Counted from the first letter of the whole stretch, positions 29,132-39,672 are shown. The stretch is 63,969 nucleotides of DNA, filler included, from an uncultured Methanosarcinales archaeon (GCA_964434885.1; 5 parts of 5 records of this genome joined end to end with filler, not necessarily neighbours in it); one strand, 5' to 3'. The notes: a model not told the origin generated them from the letters alone. Numbers and translations are program-made.

Positions 29132-30754
29132 TTGACACGAGTAGAACTTGAATTACAAAGAAAAACAGAAGATGTTGCTGACTTAGAAAGAAGATTGAAA
29201 GAAGGTGTTACCTCTGATGAGCACTACAAATTACAAGAAGATTTGGAAGCAGCTAAAGTCGAAGTTGAAGAATTCAGAGAACGATCTAGTCAATACAGAA
29301 TAGAAAATGATCGCCTTGTAAGAGAAAAAACCACTTTAGAAGAGCAATTAGGAGAACTTCAATCAACCCACGAAGAAGAAAAAGTTCAATTTTTAGGGGG
29401 AAGCACCGAAAGAGAACAATTACAAACTAAAGTTGATGAATTAGAAACTACTCTTTCAGAATTAGAATCAGACTATCAACAACAAATTGACCAAAAAAAT
29501 GAAGAAAATGCCGAATTAAAAAGAAAAAATGAACTACTAAAAAGAAACCGCACTAGAGATTTACAAGCAATGATCAAAAATGTAACTCATCGAATTACTC
29601 TCATTTACAAGGGCCATTATGGTAATTTGCTCAATCTTTTACATCGAGAATTCCCTGAAGTAGAGGCACCCACTCCAGAAGTAACAGTGGCTATTGATGA
29701 ATTAAAACATTCATTTTCATTAGAATTACCTCGGCTAAATTATGGTAATTTAATTCAACGATTACAAAAATTAAAAGAAAGTTCTCAAGAATTAGAAACA
29801 TCTCAAGCTAGAGTTGAAGAATTAGAAAGACAAGTAGAAGAACTAACACAACCAGACTCTGAAACAAACATAGATGGCTTAACTGCTGAGGAAATATTTG
29901 CCGAAGCATTTAAAGCAGGATTTCATTATCAACTGGAAGATCTTAATAAGAAATTCGAGGAAACTTTTCCTGAAGGAATTTCCAGAGAGTTAAAAGTAAC
30001 CTATACTCCAGAGAAAGAATTTATCGCCCAACAATTAAGAACAGAATTACAAGAAATTGGATTAGATTCTGACGAAATAGATTCTTTTGTTGATTTGCCT
30101 GGTTTCCTTGATGATTATGTGAGTTATGGATCATATAAAGATCTACTTAGTGAAACAGATCCTATTGTTCTGGAAAGATGGATCGAAAGAAGTTGGTCAA
30201 TCCAAGGAACTGCCCTAGGTTATCCTCCAGAACATGAAAAGATTTATCAAAATGCAAAAGCTTTTGTTGAAGAGCTTGATTCACAAGAAAAAATTTGGCA
30301 AGACCGTCGCAGAAAGGCTCTCATTCTTCAAGGAAAGATTAGTGAATTAAATGACCATTATCAAGAATGCCAAGCCCTTGATAAAGAAGAAAAACCTTTG
30401 CAAGGTTCCCAAATTACTTCTTATGTTTATACTGCCCGAGACAAGGGGGTTGATCGTATTTCTTTTTTACTTCCTACCTCATTAGATGATTATAATTCAA
30501 AGGCAGCAAAAATATTTAATATTACTTTACTTGAAAACATTCAAGGAATGGGGGATGACATCAAAGTGGATGAAGATTTTCGAGGCAATTATCGTATTGA
30601 TTTAATTTATCATCACGCCTTAGATCACAATGCGGAAAGAATAAAAGATAAAATTGGTTTTATTTTCAATCAATTAAACAACAAAACATTATTATCTCAG
30701 CTAGGAGTTCAGGTCAACTATGCCTTGTTAGGGGGTTGTTTTAAAAATGAGTAA
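29132..30754 (+). CDS. Long coiled-coil protein (5' truncated)
   Basis: E/L/Q heptad-rich N-terminal half; frame open to the contig start. Confidence 0.7.
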   Translation: MTRVELELQRKTEDVADLERRLKEGVTSDEHYKLQEDLEAAKVEVEEFRERSSQYRIENDRLVREKTTLEEQLGELQSTHEEEKVQFLGGSTEREQLQTKVDELETTLSELESDYQQQIDQKNEENAELKRKNELLKRNRTRDLQAMIKNVTHRITLIYKGHYGNLLNLLHREFPEVEAPTPEVTVAIDELKHSFSLELPRLNYGNLIQRLQKLKESSQELETSQARVEELERQVEELTQPDSETNIDGLTAEEIFAEAFKAGFHYQLEDLNKKFEETFPEGISRELKVTYTPEKEFIAQQLRTELQEIGLDSDEIDSFVDLPGFLDDYVSYGSYKDLLSETDPIVLERWIERSWSIQGTALGYPPEHEKIYQNAKAFVEELDSQEKIWQDRRRKALILQGKISELNDHYQECQALDKEEKPLQGSQITSYVYTARDKGVDRISFLLPTSLDDYNSKAAKIFNITLLENIQGMGDDIKVDEDFRGNYRIDLIYHHALDHNAERIKDKIGFIFNQLNNKTLLSQLGVQVNYALLGGCFKNE

Positions 30755-32426
30755 AGGAAAAACAATTGAAGATTTACATGAAGAATTATCTCCACAAGAT
30801 TTTGCTAGATTGATGCATCAAGGAAAATTAAGATCCGGAAGAACTTACCAACCAGCCGATTTGGAACAGTTATTAGATGGTCTAAACACGAATTTACCAC
30901 GAGAATCAGTTCTAGAATCAACTCCTAGTTCCATAGATCCAAATGAAGTACATGTGGTAGTATTCTATGATCCTGTAGCCAATGCTAATTATCGGACTAT
31001 TACTGTTGGTGGTCAAGCAGTAGTAACTTTGGATCAAGATGGCAATTTAGATTTATCTAACATGCATGATACAGATAAAGACCTATTAAAAGTAATTGCT
31101 TCTGCTGGAATGCCCGGAGTAGAAGTAAGATATCAAAAGAAATCTCGTCCAAATAATGAGTTACCTGGAGAGAAAGACAAACCTGAAGACCAAGGAAGTA
31201 AAAAGAAAGAAAAGAAAAAGAAAAAACGTCGACCTATTCGTGCTCGAGCAGGAAATGTAGATGATCCACAGTTTGTTGAAATGGTTCAAAAGGTCAAAGA
31301 TGCATTAGTTTACCAATCATTAAGTTCGCCACATAAAAAAAGAAAGGTCAAGATAATTTCTGGTTCTGAATTAGAACAGATTCTTTCTCCAGAAATGTTC
31401 GAAATGACCCAAAGAAAAGGTTATACGGTCAAGGCCCAACATTTTAACAATTTTATTGACTCTCAAAGAGAAAAAATTAGAAGATATCGAAAGATATATG
31501 TGAGTGAACATTTTCACCAACCAGAAATTGTTGAAGCCTATGGTGAATTTAATGAAAGATTTAGAGTAAGACCTCCTGGATTTGCTGGACAGCGTAAACT
31601 AACAATTATTGATACTCAGAATGAAGAAAGATTTCAAAAAATTGCTGAATCAGAATTGCCTTTTCAAGAAGCAAAAATGATTTATCATTGGATTCTGGAT
31701 CAAAAATATGATTCCGAACCACATATAATTGTTGGTGCCTTTAGATACGGAATTCTTAAATTGGTTGAAAAAGCAGAAGATCCAATTTATGATAACATCC
31801 GGGATTCCTCAGCTGTTTGGTTAGCCTATGCTAAGGCTGCGGATTATGTCAGACAGGATCGGTATTTACAGGAAAAAATTCTTCCTCTTTTTGAGGCTCA
31901 ACAAAAACCTGCCGAAGCAAATTTCGAGGTGTTACTTCAATTGGTTAATCGATTAACTCGTCCCGAAGAGAAAAATGGTCTTCAACTATCTAATATGATG
32001 TTTGAAGGATTATGGATGTTAGATTATCTCAAAAATGACAAAGGTGTATTGAGAGCTGGAAAAGGCACAGAAACTGAATTTCAAATTCCCACTAACTATT
32101 ATTTAAGGGGTCGATCTTGGATTAAATCAATGTTGGATAAGTCATTTGAGCAGCTGTTAAGGAAAGATGAATTTATAGATTATTCTAATGGAGAAGAATA
32201 TTTAACCAGCGCTCTTAGTTGTCAAGAGTTTGGAATCAAATTATTTAAACAAATTGACCCAGATATCCGTAAGGAGAAATTTGTCCGGACCAATCGTAAA
32301 GATGATCACGGGAACAAAATACCTTTAGATGAAAAAGGCACTCATTTAAAATGGGTTTTAAGATTACATACTGGAATGGAGAGAAGTACTTATTTGGATC
32401 GTATTAAAGAACACTATGAAAAATAA
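30747..32426 (+). CDS. Hypothetical protein with polybasic tract
   Basis: 559 aa; KKKEKKKKKRR; overlaps the upstream stop. Confidence 0.7.
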   Translation: MSKGKTIEDLHEELSPQDFARLMHQGKLRSGRTYQPADLEQLLDGLNTNLPRESVLESTPSSIDPNEVHVVVFYDPVANANYRTITVGGQAVVTLDQDGNLDLSNMHDTDKDLLKVIASAGMPGVEVRYQKKSRPNNELPGEKDKPEDQGSKKKEKKKKKRRPIRARAGNVDDPQFVEMVQKVKDALVYQSLSSPHKKRKVKIISGSELEQILSPEMFEMTQRKGYTVKAQHFNNFIDSQREKIRRYRKIYVSEHFHQPEIVEAYGEFNERFRVRPPGFAGQRKLTIIDTQNEERFQKIAESELPFQEAKMIYHWILDQKYDSEPHIIVGAFRYGILKLVEKAEDPIYDNIRDSSAVWLAYAKAADYVRQDRYLQEKILPLFEAQQKPAEANFEVLLQLVNRLTRPEEKNGLQLSNMMFEGLWMLDYLKNDKGVLRAGKGTETEFQIPTNYYLRGRSWIKSMLDKSFEQLLRKDEFIDYSNGEEYLTSALSCQEFGIKLFKQIDPDIRKEKFVRTNRKDDHGNKIPLDEKGTHLKWVLRLHTGMERSTYLDRIKEHYEK

Positions 32427-32428
32427 AA

Positions 32429-34237
32429 ATGACTATCAAACTCCAGCAAGAAGATTTAATCTCTTTATTAAGAAAATTATATTCTAAATTAAACTTAGTT
32501 CCTTCTCGATCAATGTTAGCCCGAAATGAATTTTTAAACTCTCTTATTTCTGCAGCTGATCACCTAAGTGGATATGAAAATATTATGCAAGATATTGTTC
32601 TTGAGTCTTCTCAGTTATCACCTCCAATATCAGAATTAGTTGCTACTTCCCAAATTGCTTACGATGGACAAATAAATAATCAAAAATCATTGGAAATAAG
32701 CTGTCCTGGATCATCCTCTTCACCTCGGCTTTTTTTAACTGCTCAAGAAATAAACAAAAAATATTTGTCTTCCGGACAGAGATTAAAAACTCTTTATGTG
32801 TGTCCCAATCGTCTAATCCCTGTCGCCATGTCTGAAGCTCGAAAGTATCTTCCTAGTTACAATTCTGTTTGTATCACGCAAGAAAATCGCCGGTCCGATT
32901 TAGAAAAAGCAAAACACCCAGATACCGACATAATTTTTATGGGGTTCAAACTAGCCTCCCAACTTAATACTGTCGATCCAAATAATGACTTACAAGAAAT
33001 ATTTGACTCTCATCGCCAGATAAACCAAGAATTTAGCAACCGAGAATTAGCATTGGATGCTTTGGAAAAATTAGTGAGTTCTAAAAGTTTCACAGCGAAA
33101 AAGAATCTGAGTTATTTTGAATTATTACTAGAGATTCAAAGTGCCAAGAACCAGAAAAAAGAGTCTCGTATAATTGAATATTTACACGACCAAGTATTTA
33201 CTTCTTCTCAACCTAGTTATATAATAATTAATCAAGCACAAGCCTTACCACATCCATCCAACGAGGTATTTAACCCTTTGTATGACCTTTTCATAAATTC
33301 TCAATGGGGTGTAGTACAGACACATAATTACCAAGATTACAAAAACCTAGGTAAAGTAATGTATTTGTTGGGACAAGTTCAACATCCTGATTCATGGAGA
33401 GATTTAGTCAAAAACAATTCAGATTGGGCTAAAGAAGCAATCATGCGCTACCGAGTTAACCCTTGTTTCTATGACTTGGGAAAAAAAGATCCAGCAGTTC
33501 CCTACCCTAACATACAAACCCTAGAGTATGAACCTGCCCCAGAAGTATTGGAGGCATATAGTCTTTTGATGCAATATGATGATATGTCTCAGAAAAACAA
33601 ACACGATTTTGTCAATCTGTTACTGGCCCACCCTCAGGCTGTGGCTCCGAATCGATTTGATCCAGAAAGAGAAAAACATCGACAAATACACCAATTTTTT
33701 GAAGATTATCCTGGTTTAGAAGAAGAACTATCTCAAACTTCTTCCAACCGAGCCACCCGATTACGTGTTCTAATTGAAGAAATTAAAAGTAGAGGAGAAA
33801 AGAGCATCATTTTTACTGAAAGAGATATTTTTGATTTGTTAGAAAATGAATTTTCCAGTTTAGGTTTTGAAGTAATTCATCCTTCCTCTTCTATTCAATT
33901 AGATGAGTATGGCCTTTGTGATCGTTATTTAGATATTATTGGTGCCGCCTTGAATCCAGATTGTCATGGTTTGATTGCCAGTCGGAACTTATTCGCAGCA
34001 GGGATACCTATTCCAGAATTCACTAATATTATCAATTACATGGAAACAACTTCCCCGTTAAAAGAAGCTGAGGCAAATTCTTGCTGTTTAAGAAATGGTC
34101 AAAGAAAACCAGTAAATATATATTCTCTCAATCCGAAGAATATCTCTTTCATCAAAGCGCAGATTAAATTTCGTAAATGGAAAGGCGATGAAACTTATCA
34201 AACTACTAATAGTAAAGGGTTGGTTGATTTTTTATAG
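32429..34237 (+). CDS. Degenerate SNF2-like SF2 helicase, probably catalytically inactive
   Basis: TLYVCP (Ia), IIINQAQ (II), RGEKSIIFTE (IV), AGIPIPEFTNII (V), LRNGQRKPVNIY (VI); no GKT/S. Confidence 0.65.
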   Translation: MTIKLQQEDLISLLRKLYSKLNLVPSRSMLARNEFLNSLISAADHLSGYENIMQDIVLESSQLSPPISELVATSQIAYDGQINNQKSLEISCPGSSSSPRLFLTAQEINKKYLSSGQRLKTLYVCPNRLIPVAMSEARKYLPSYNSVCITQENRRSDLEKAKHPDTDIIFMGFKLASQLNTVDPNNDLQEIFDSHRQINQEFSNRELALDALEKLVSSKSFTAKKNLSYFELLLEIQSAKNQKKESRIIEYLHDQVFTSSQPSYIIINQAQALPHPSNEVFNPLYDLFINSQWGVVQTHNYQDYKNLGKVMYLLGQVQHPDSWRDLVKNNSDWAKEAIMRYRVNPCFYDLGKKDPAVPYPNIQTLEYEPAPEVLEAYSLLMQYDDMSQKNKHDFVNLLLAHPQAVAPNRFDPEREKHRQIHQFFEDYPGLEEELSQTSSNRATRLRVLIEEIKSRGEKSIIFTERDIFDLLENEFSSLGFEVIHPSSSIQLDEYGLCDRYLDIIGAALNPDCHGLIASRNLFAAGIPIPEFTNIINYMETTSPLKEAEANSCCLRNGQRKPVNIYSLNPKNISFIKAQIKFRKWKGDETYQTTNSKGLVDFL

Positions 34238-34323
34238 ACAATATCTCGTTGCCCATTTCATTTAATTATGTCACTACTATACAGAAAGAAACATTTATAA
34301 AAACATCCCTATTCTAAACAATT

Positions 34324-36105
34324 ATGGATCCTGCAGAAATACGTATCTTATTAGAAGAAAAATTATCTCCTCAGTTGGAAGGAGAAAACACCATCATCTT
34401 TTTAACAAAACAAATCGAATCTCGCTTAGAATCAATCATTGAAGATCTAATTGATTTGCCCCCTGGTAAAATGGATGAGAATATTTTAGATTACTTATCA
34501 ATCTCCAGAAATTTTGGCCTACATGGCATTACCAATACTCTTACTGAATTAATTGCAGAAAAAGTGGGGATCCCTGTTATTGAAAAAGTACTCAGTCCCA
34601 AGAAAAAAATCAAACAAACTGAATTAGAATTCGAATATTTATTGACCCAAGGAAAAAATTTAAGTTGGATTCAACCTGGATTGACATATGGTGCTCATGA
34701 AGTCAATTGTGCTTCCGGGCGATTAGATATTCTAGCAACTAACTCTCAAGGTAAAAAGGTAATGATTGAGTTAAAATATGCTGATTATGAAGATTATCAA
34801 GTGTATCATCAACTAAAAAAATATATGGGTAACTTTTCCCAGCGACAGATGATTTTTGCAGCTCCCGTTATTAAATCAGGATTGTGGTTCGCTCTACAAG
34901 AAGATGGCTATTTTATAGATAATCGTCTCACCTGCTTTGAATTTAAAAAAATTGAAGATCATTACGAATTCCGAGAAATTACTCGCTCTGATTTTCCCGA
35001 GGAAGTTAAGCCTAGTTTTATAACTTCTCCCACACCCAAAAAAAAATCCTCTTCACCAATCAGAACATTTGTTACTTTACCAAAAAAACCAACTAGTGCA
35101 TCACCAAATATTTTAACCACAAAAGTAAAAGCAATTACTCAAACAATGCATGAGTTATTTACTAACTACCGACACCATCCTGATTACAGTTTTTGGGGTA
35201 TCGCTTATTTTTGGTCAGGAGAACAATTTAATGAAAAACCTAATGGGGATCTTATTCCTACTTTGTTGAAACAAATTCCTGAAATTGATCCAACCACTAA
35301 TACTCTAGGAGTTAAAAACCCCCACAAATTAGCTCCAGAAGCACATCAAATTATGAACTGTTTAAAGAACAGACAAGCTTTAGAAAATCACTTACAAAAG
35401 ATTCTTCCTTCTTCATCATATCTTCAAACACTTCCTTTACTTAATGATTCTCATCTCGCGCAGGAAGCAATTACTCATTATGTTTCCGCAATTGAAAAAG
35501 GAATAATCCCTCAAAAAACAGATTTCCTCCAGTTTTTGGTTGCTTACAACATAAAAAATGAACAGCTTGAAAAAAATTTACCTTATCAAGGAACATTTCA
35601 ACATTTAGCGACTAGGGCGATTATTAGGTATTCTGAATTTATGCCAGAAGAACAAATATTTGATTTAGTGCCAGGAGACCTATCTAATCAAGCTAGAGCA
35701 ATAAATTTGGCTTCAATCTATGGTGAAATTCAAGTTTCTCCAGAACTCTTGGACTTATATGCTTTCGAAATTGGCAACCAGAACTTTCGACCGTCAGATC
35801 TTAACTTAAGCACTTCCTACAAATTAATTATACTTGAGCAAAGAAAAAGGAGACATCCAATTTCCTTAGATTGGAATCATTATTTTAAAAAAAGGAAACA
35901 GCAAATTACTATGACTCACAACACCAATCTAGAAGGTTTTCTCAGAATGACAATCAGAAATAAATATTTACAAGATAGTTATTTTAATCATCCGGAAAAT
36001 CTTTCTGCTGGTATAAATTCTATTAGACAACAAACTGAAGCTGCCTGGGGAATCAAAAAAGAATTATTATTAGAAGTACAAGAGATACTAAGTGGAGCTT
36101 ACTAA
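34324..36105 (+). CDS. Protein with a NucS-like PD-(D/E)xK nuclease domain
   Basis: E....GRLDILATNSQGKKVMIELK.......QLKKY. Confidence 0.75.
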   Translation: MDPAEIRILLEEKLSPQLEGENTIIFLTKQIESRLESIIEDLIDLPPGKMDENILDYLSISRNFGLHGITNTLTELIAEKVGIPVIEKVLSPKKKIKQTELEFEYLLTQGKNLSWIQPGLTYGAHEVNCASGRLDILATNSQGKKVMIELKYADYEDYQVYHQLKKYMGNFSQRQMIFAAPVIKSGLWFALQEDGYFIDNRLTCFEFKKIEDHYEFREITRSDFPEEVKPSFITSPTPKKKSSSPIRTFVTLPKKPTSASPNILTTKVKAITQTMHELFTNYRHHPDYSFWGIAYFWSGEQFNEKPNGDLIPTLLKQIPEIDPTTNTLGVKNPHKLAPEAHQIMNCLKNRQALENHLQKILPSSSYLQTLPLLNDSHLAQEAITHYVSAIEKGIIPQKTDFLQFLVAYNIKNEQLEKNLPYQGTFQHLATRAIIRYSEFMPEEQIFDLVPGDLSNQARAINLASIYGEIQVSPELLDLYAFEIGNQNFRPSDLNLSTSYKLIILEQRKRRHPISLDWNHYFKKRKQQITMTHNTNLEGFLRMTIRNKYLQDSYFNHPENLSAGINSIRQQTEAAWGIKKELLLEVQEILSGAY

Positions 36106-36150
36106 GTAGTATCCCAAAAATTTTATATAAAAACCCAATTAATCAATCAA

Positions 36151-36831
36151 ATGTTCAAAAAAATCCTTACTGCAGATAACACCGAAACTTTTCTCAATGA
36201 AGAAGTCGGAGAAAGTTATCATTCTCAAACTGGAGCAGTAGAAGAAGCATTTAAGAAGTATGCAATTCCTTGTAAAATCAAAGAATTAGCTAAATCAGGA
36301 AAAATTTCCATCCTAGACATCTGTTCAGGATTAATTTACAATGCCGCTGCTGCTATCGACCATGCTTTAGAATCTAATCCCAAATGTCAAATAGAAGTAA
36401 CTTGTTTAGAAAATGATCCCAAAATCATCAAAAAAATTGCTGAAGTAAACCCACCCATAAAAAATTTTTATTTAATCAAAAGATTACTAAATGAAAATAA
36501 AGAATTAAACGGAGATTTAAATTACCAAAAAGCCAACATTAAAATCACAGTTCTAATTGGAGATGCTAAAGAAAGAATCAAAGAACTCCCTGCAGACAAT
36601 TTTGATGCAGTTTTTATGGATCCTTTTTCTCCAAAAACTTCTCCTGGGATGTGGAGTAAAGAATTCTTTAAAGATATTTACAAAGTAATAAAACAAGACA
36701 GAATCTTGGCTACTTATACTTGTGCTCGTTTAGCCAGAGACAACATGAAAGAAGCAGGTTTCATGTATGAAGACGGCCCAATTGTGGGTAGAAGGGGACC
36801 TGGAACTATTGCAACTAAATGGGTTTTTTAG
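36151..36831 (+). CDS. Stand-alone MnmC-type methyltransferase
   Basis: ESYHSQTGAVEEA, LDICSGL.YN, FMDPFSPKTSPGMWS, LATY. Confidence 0.85.
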   Translation: MFKKILTADNTETFLNEEVGESYHSQTGAVEEAFKKYAIPCKIKELAKSGKISILDICSGLIYNAAAAIDHALESNPKCQIEVTCLENDPKIIKKIAEVNPPIKNFYLIKRLLNENKELNGDLNYQKANIKITVLIGDAKERIKELPADNFDAVFMDPFSPKTSPGMWSKEFFKDIYKVIKQDRILATYTCARLARDNMKEAGFMYEDGPIVGRRGPGTIATKWVF

Positions 36832-36908
36832 AAGTTATTACTTTCAAAGAGTAAAATATACAAAAAATTTATAAATCACCTTAACTATTAAACTTCTGGT
36901 GAATAAAT

Positions 36909-37859
36909 ATGACAGTAATAAGTGCAATGAAATTTAATGATTTTGAAGGGGCAATGGTAGCTGATGAACAATCTTCCGGTGGTGGAAGAAAATATGATCT
37001 GGCTGAAAAAATCCATGAATTCTCATGTCCAACATCCAAATTAATTGTTGGTGGATCTGGAACTGCAGATTTATTGTATGATTCCATTCTCCAATTTACT
37101 CAAACATTTCCTGAAAAACAGGACAAAGTACAAAATGCAGATAATTTTGTACAGTTTTTAGCTCATATTTTTACTCAAGTTACCCATAGCCATGTTGATG
37201 GTATTTTAAGATCCCGAAGTGGTCATTCATGGTTAGAATTTCAACAAGGATATATTATAACTGAGAATGGGAAAGAACCAATGGGAGAGAGACTACAGGC
37301 CGAATATGAGAAACTAAAAAATGAATTGTGGTCTCCAGAAAGCTTTTTGAACAGCTCCTTTTTAGCTTTAGCTTCTGATGTATCAGGTATTGAAATATAC
37401 TCAGTAAGTTTAGGTAGTACCAAACCAATGCCAGTAGCTAGACCTTATGCTGTTATTGGTAGTGGTAGTGACATGGCTGATCGGGAATTAATGGGGTTTT
37501 TCCAACCAATGACCAGAGAAGAAAGAAAAAATATTACTCCCGTTGAAGGAATTAAGGCATTACTGCAAGCAACTTATCAGGCTAGTACAGGAAATATTGG
37601 CGTCGGAGGAAGTCCAAATATTTATCTCCTTAATGCTGAAGGGAAAATAAGTAATCCCAGTGAAAATAGTTCAATATTGGCAAATGAAATAGTTAAAGGC
37701 AATCACAAAGGATTTTTGAGCAATGAATATACTAGTGCTGCTCTAGATAATCTACTTTTCAAAGGTCAAGATTTTAAAATCGCAGAGAAAAGTATGTGGG
37801 ATGCTGTTAAGGACAAAACTGCATTTGGTTTAATGCTTAGAAACTATAAAAAATATTAA
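36909..37859 (+). CDS. Proteasome beta-subunit-like Ntn hydrolase without propeptide
   Basis: MTVISA start (Thr1), ADEQ, EKI, GGSGTA, AVIGSGS, GVGG. Confidence 0.72.
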   Translation: MTVISAMKFNDFEGAMVADEQSSGGGRKYDLAEKIHEFSCPTSKLIVGGSGTADLLYDSILQFTQTFPEKQDKVQNADNFVQFLAHIFTQVTHSHVDGILRSRSGHSWLEFQQGYIITENGKEPMGERLQAEYEKLKNELWSPESFLNSSFLALASDVSGIEIYSVSLGSTKPMPVARPYAVIGSGSDMADRELMGFFQPMTREERKNITPVEGIKALLQATYQASTGNIGVGGSPNIYLLNAEGKISNPSENSSILANEIVKGNHKGFLSNEYTSAALDNLLFKGQDFKIAEKSMWDAVKDKTAFGLMLRNYKKY

Positions 37860-37860
37860 T

Positions 37861-38463
37861 TTATTTCTTATTCCTTCCCCTTTTCTTAACCAACTCAAAT
37901 CTATCTAAAACAGAAGCTGCATCACCATAATTTTCTTCATACCCTTCAATTACTTTCTCAAATACTTCAGGATAAACCTTATGATGTTTACTTTCTAAAG
38001 CTCGATCCAAAAGAAAAAGATCAACAGCTTTATCTTCTACTTTATCTGAAAAGAAACTTAACCCAAAATCAATAAGATTTAATTCTCCTGTTTCTTTATG
38101 TTTAATCATGTTTGAAGTAGTTAAATCTCCATGAATAATATTCTCTTGATGTAACTTAGCAATCTTCAAACCCATCTCTCTAGCTAAGATCTGAAAATCA
38201 TCTTCAATCACTTCTTTTAATTGTTCTCCTGGAACAAAATCCATGAAAATACTCATTCTTTTATCAGAAAATTCTTGCAAATGAGGTGCTGGAAAATTCA
38301 TCTCTTCTAATCTACTCAAAATTTTAGCTTCCCTTCTAGTTCTAAACTTTCTTAATGATTCATCTAATTGAGGTAAACGATAACTTTTGCTTACTCTTTC
38401 TTTCATTATTCTAGATTTATCTTGATAGATGATTGCTTCCGCGCCTTGTGCTATTTTTATCAT
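37861..38463 (-). CDS. bud32: KEOPS complex kinase Bud32
   Basis: QGAEA, RTRREAKIL, HGDLTTSN, IDFGL, EDKAVDL, KRGR. Confidence 0.95.
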   Translation of the reverse strand: MIKIAQGAEAIIYQDKSRIMKERVSKSYRLPQLDESLRKFRTRREAKILSRLEEMNFPAPHLQEFSDKRMSIFMDFVPGEQLKEVIEDDFQILAREMGLKIAKLHQENIIHGDLTTSNMIKHKETGELNLIDFGLSFFSDKVEDKAVDLFLLDRALESKHHKVYPEVFEKVIEGYEENYGDAASVLDRFELVKKRGRNKK

Positions 38464-38498
38464 CTAAAATAGAAAACTAATACTCTTTAAAAATGTTC

Positions 38499-39389
38499 TT
38501 ATAGATGTCTTGGAACTTGAGATACTACTTCAGATATTTTCTTTTCCCTAATTTCAATATCTCTTTTGGCCATAAATTCCATTAATCCAATTATCAATCT
38601 TCTTGTATGGCTCCCCTCTGAATAATCGTTTGGCACAATATCAAAAATCCGTTCATCTCTTCTTAACTGAATTGCTTGTTCTAGGGATTTTGGGTTTTCA
38701 GGATCATAAACTCCCAGACTAAATCCTTCCCCATCATTAACCCCTTTGAAACAAATAATATCATTTGGCCCATCAGCAACATAGATCATATTTCTAAATG
38801 GAACTCTTCTAAAATCATGCGGTACTGAGGCATTAACATCAATTTCCGGGTTAACATTACATCCTTTGTTAATCTGATGCAAGATGTTTCTTTTTCCAGC
38901 AGAATCAATGACTCTGGCTATTTTACTAATTTCTCCTTTTTCATTTTCAATAAATTCTGCACCGAAAATATTATCAATATAATCTCCAAATTTTCCTTCA
39001 ATGGTTCTTTTCATCCCACTACTAACAATATATTGTTCTACAGAAATACCTGCTGAACCAAATTTATCTTCTATTGTTCCTTTGATATATTCAAAGAAAT
39101 CTGGCAAACCTGGGAAAACGTCTAATTTATTTCCCAATTCAAATAGTTTTTGATTACTTAGCCCAGGAAATTTTCCTTCTTTAACATAATCTAACATTAA
39201 ATTTAAGTATGCTGGATCACCATCTAGATTAATTCTTTGTTTTCTAGCTTCTTCTATTCTTCTTCCATTTTCTGTCCAAAATTCTTCTCCTGAGATACCA
39301 AATTCATCAAAAAGAACATGTTGCATGTATTTTGGAGTTAATGTTTTATCTGAATCATAAATAACAGCAATAATTCCTCGTTCTAACAT
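38499..39389 (-). CDS. HAD-superfamily hydrolase
   Basis: YDSDKTL, IVSSG, IYVADGPND. Confidence 0.85.
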   Translation of the reverse strand: MLERGIIAVIYDSDKTLTPKYMQHVLFDEFGISGEEFWTENGRRIEEARKQRINLDGDPAYLNLMLDYVKEGKFPGLSNQKLFELGNKLDVFPGLPDFFEYIKGTIEDKFGSAGISVEQYIVSSGMKRTIEGKFGDYIDNIFGAEFIENEKGEISKIARVIDSAGKRNILHQINKGCNVNPEIDVNASVPHDFRRVPFRNMIYVADGPNDIICFKGVNDGEGFSLGVYDPENPKSLEQAIQLRRDERIFDIVPNDYSEGSHTRRLIIGLMEFMAKRDIEIREKKISEVVSQVPRHL

Positions 39390-39544
39390 ATATACTTGAG
39401 AAGTTATTTGCTTTATTAATCTTCTGAAATACAAACTCCTTCAATTTTTATTAAAAAAAATAAATTCTCTTTAGCAAATCGAAAAAGAGTTTAAGAAAAT
39501 CTAGGAGAAACCTTTTTAAAATAGTTGTCTTTTAACCAACCTAC

Positions 39545-39629
39545 GCCCCTGTGGCTTAGTGGTATAGCGCGACCTTGGTAATATCCAACAAACAGGTCGA
39601 GGTCCCGAGTTCAACTCTCGGCAGGGGCT
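39545..39629 (+). tRNA. tRNA-Thr(GGU) with 13-nt canonical 37/38 intron (39581-39593)
   Basis: GCCCCTG/CAGGGGC acceptor, CGACC/GGTCG anticodon stem, CCGAG-TTCAACT-CTCGG T arm. Confidence 0.92.
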
Positions 39630-39672
39630 TATTTATAATAAAATTAATAAACCATAAATAAATTCTCATTCT

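Noticed and set aside
23295..36105. One large divergent island joining the AAA-vWA operon and the pseudohelicase/nuclease genes
   Set aside because: The halves are on different contigs split at 29028-29127; no evidence of linkage
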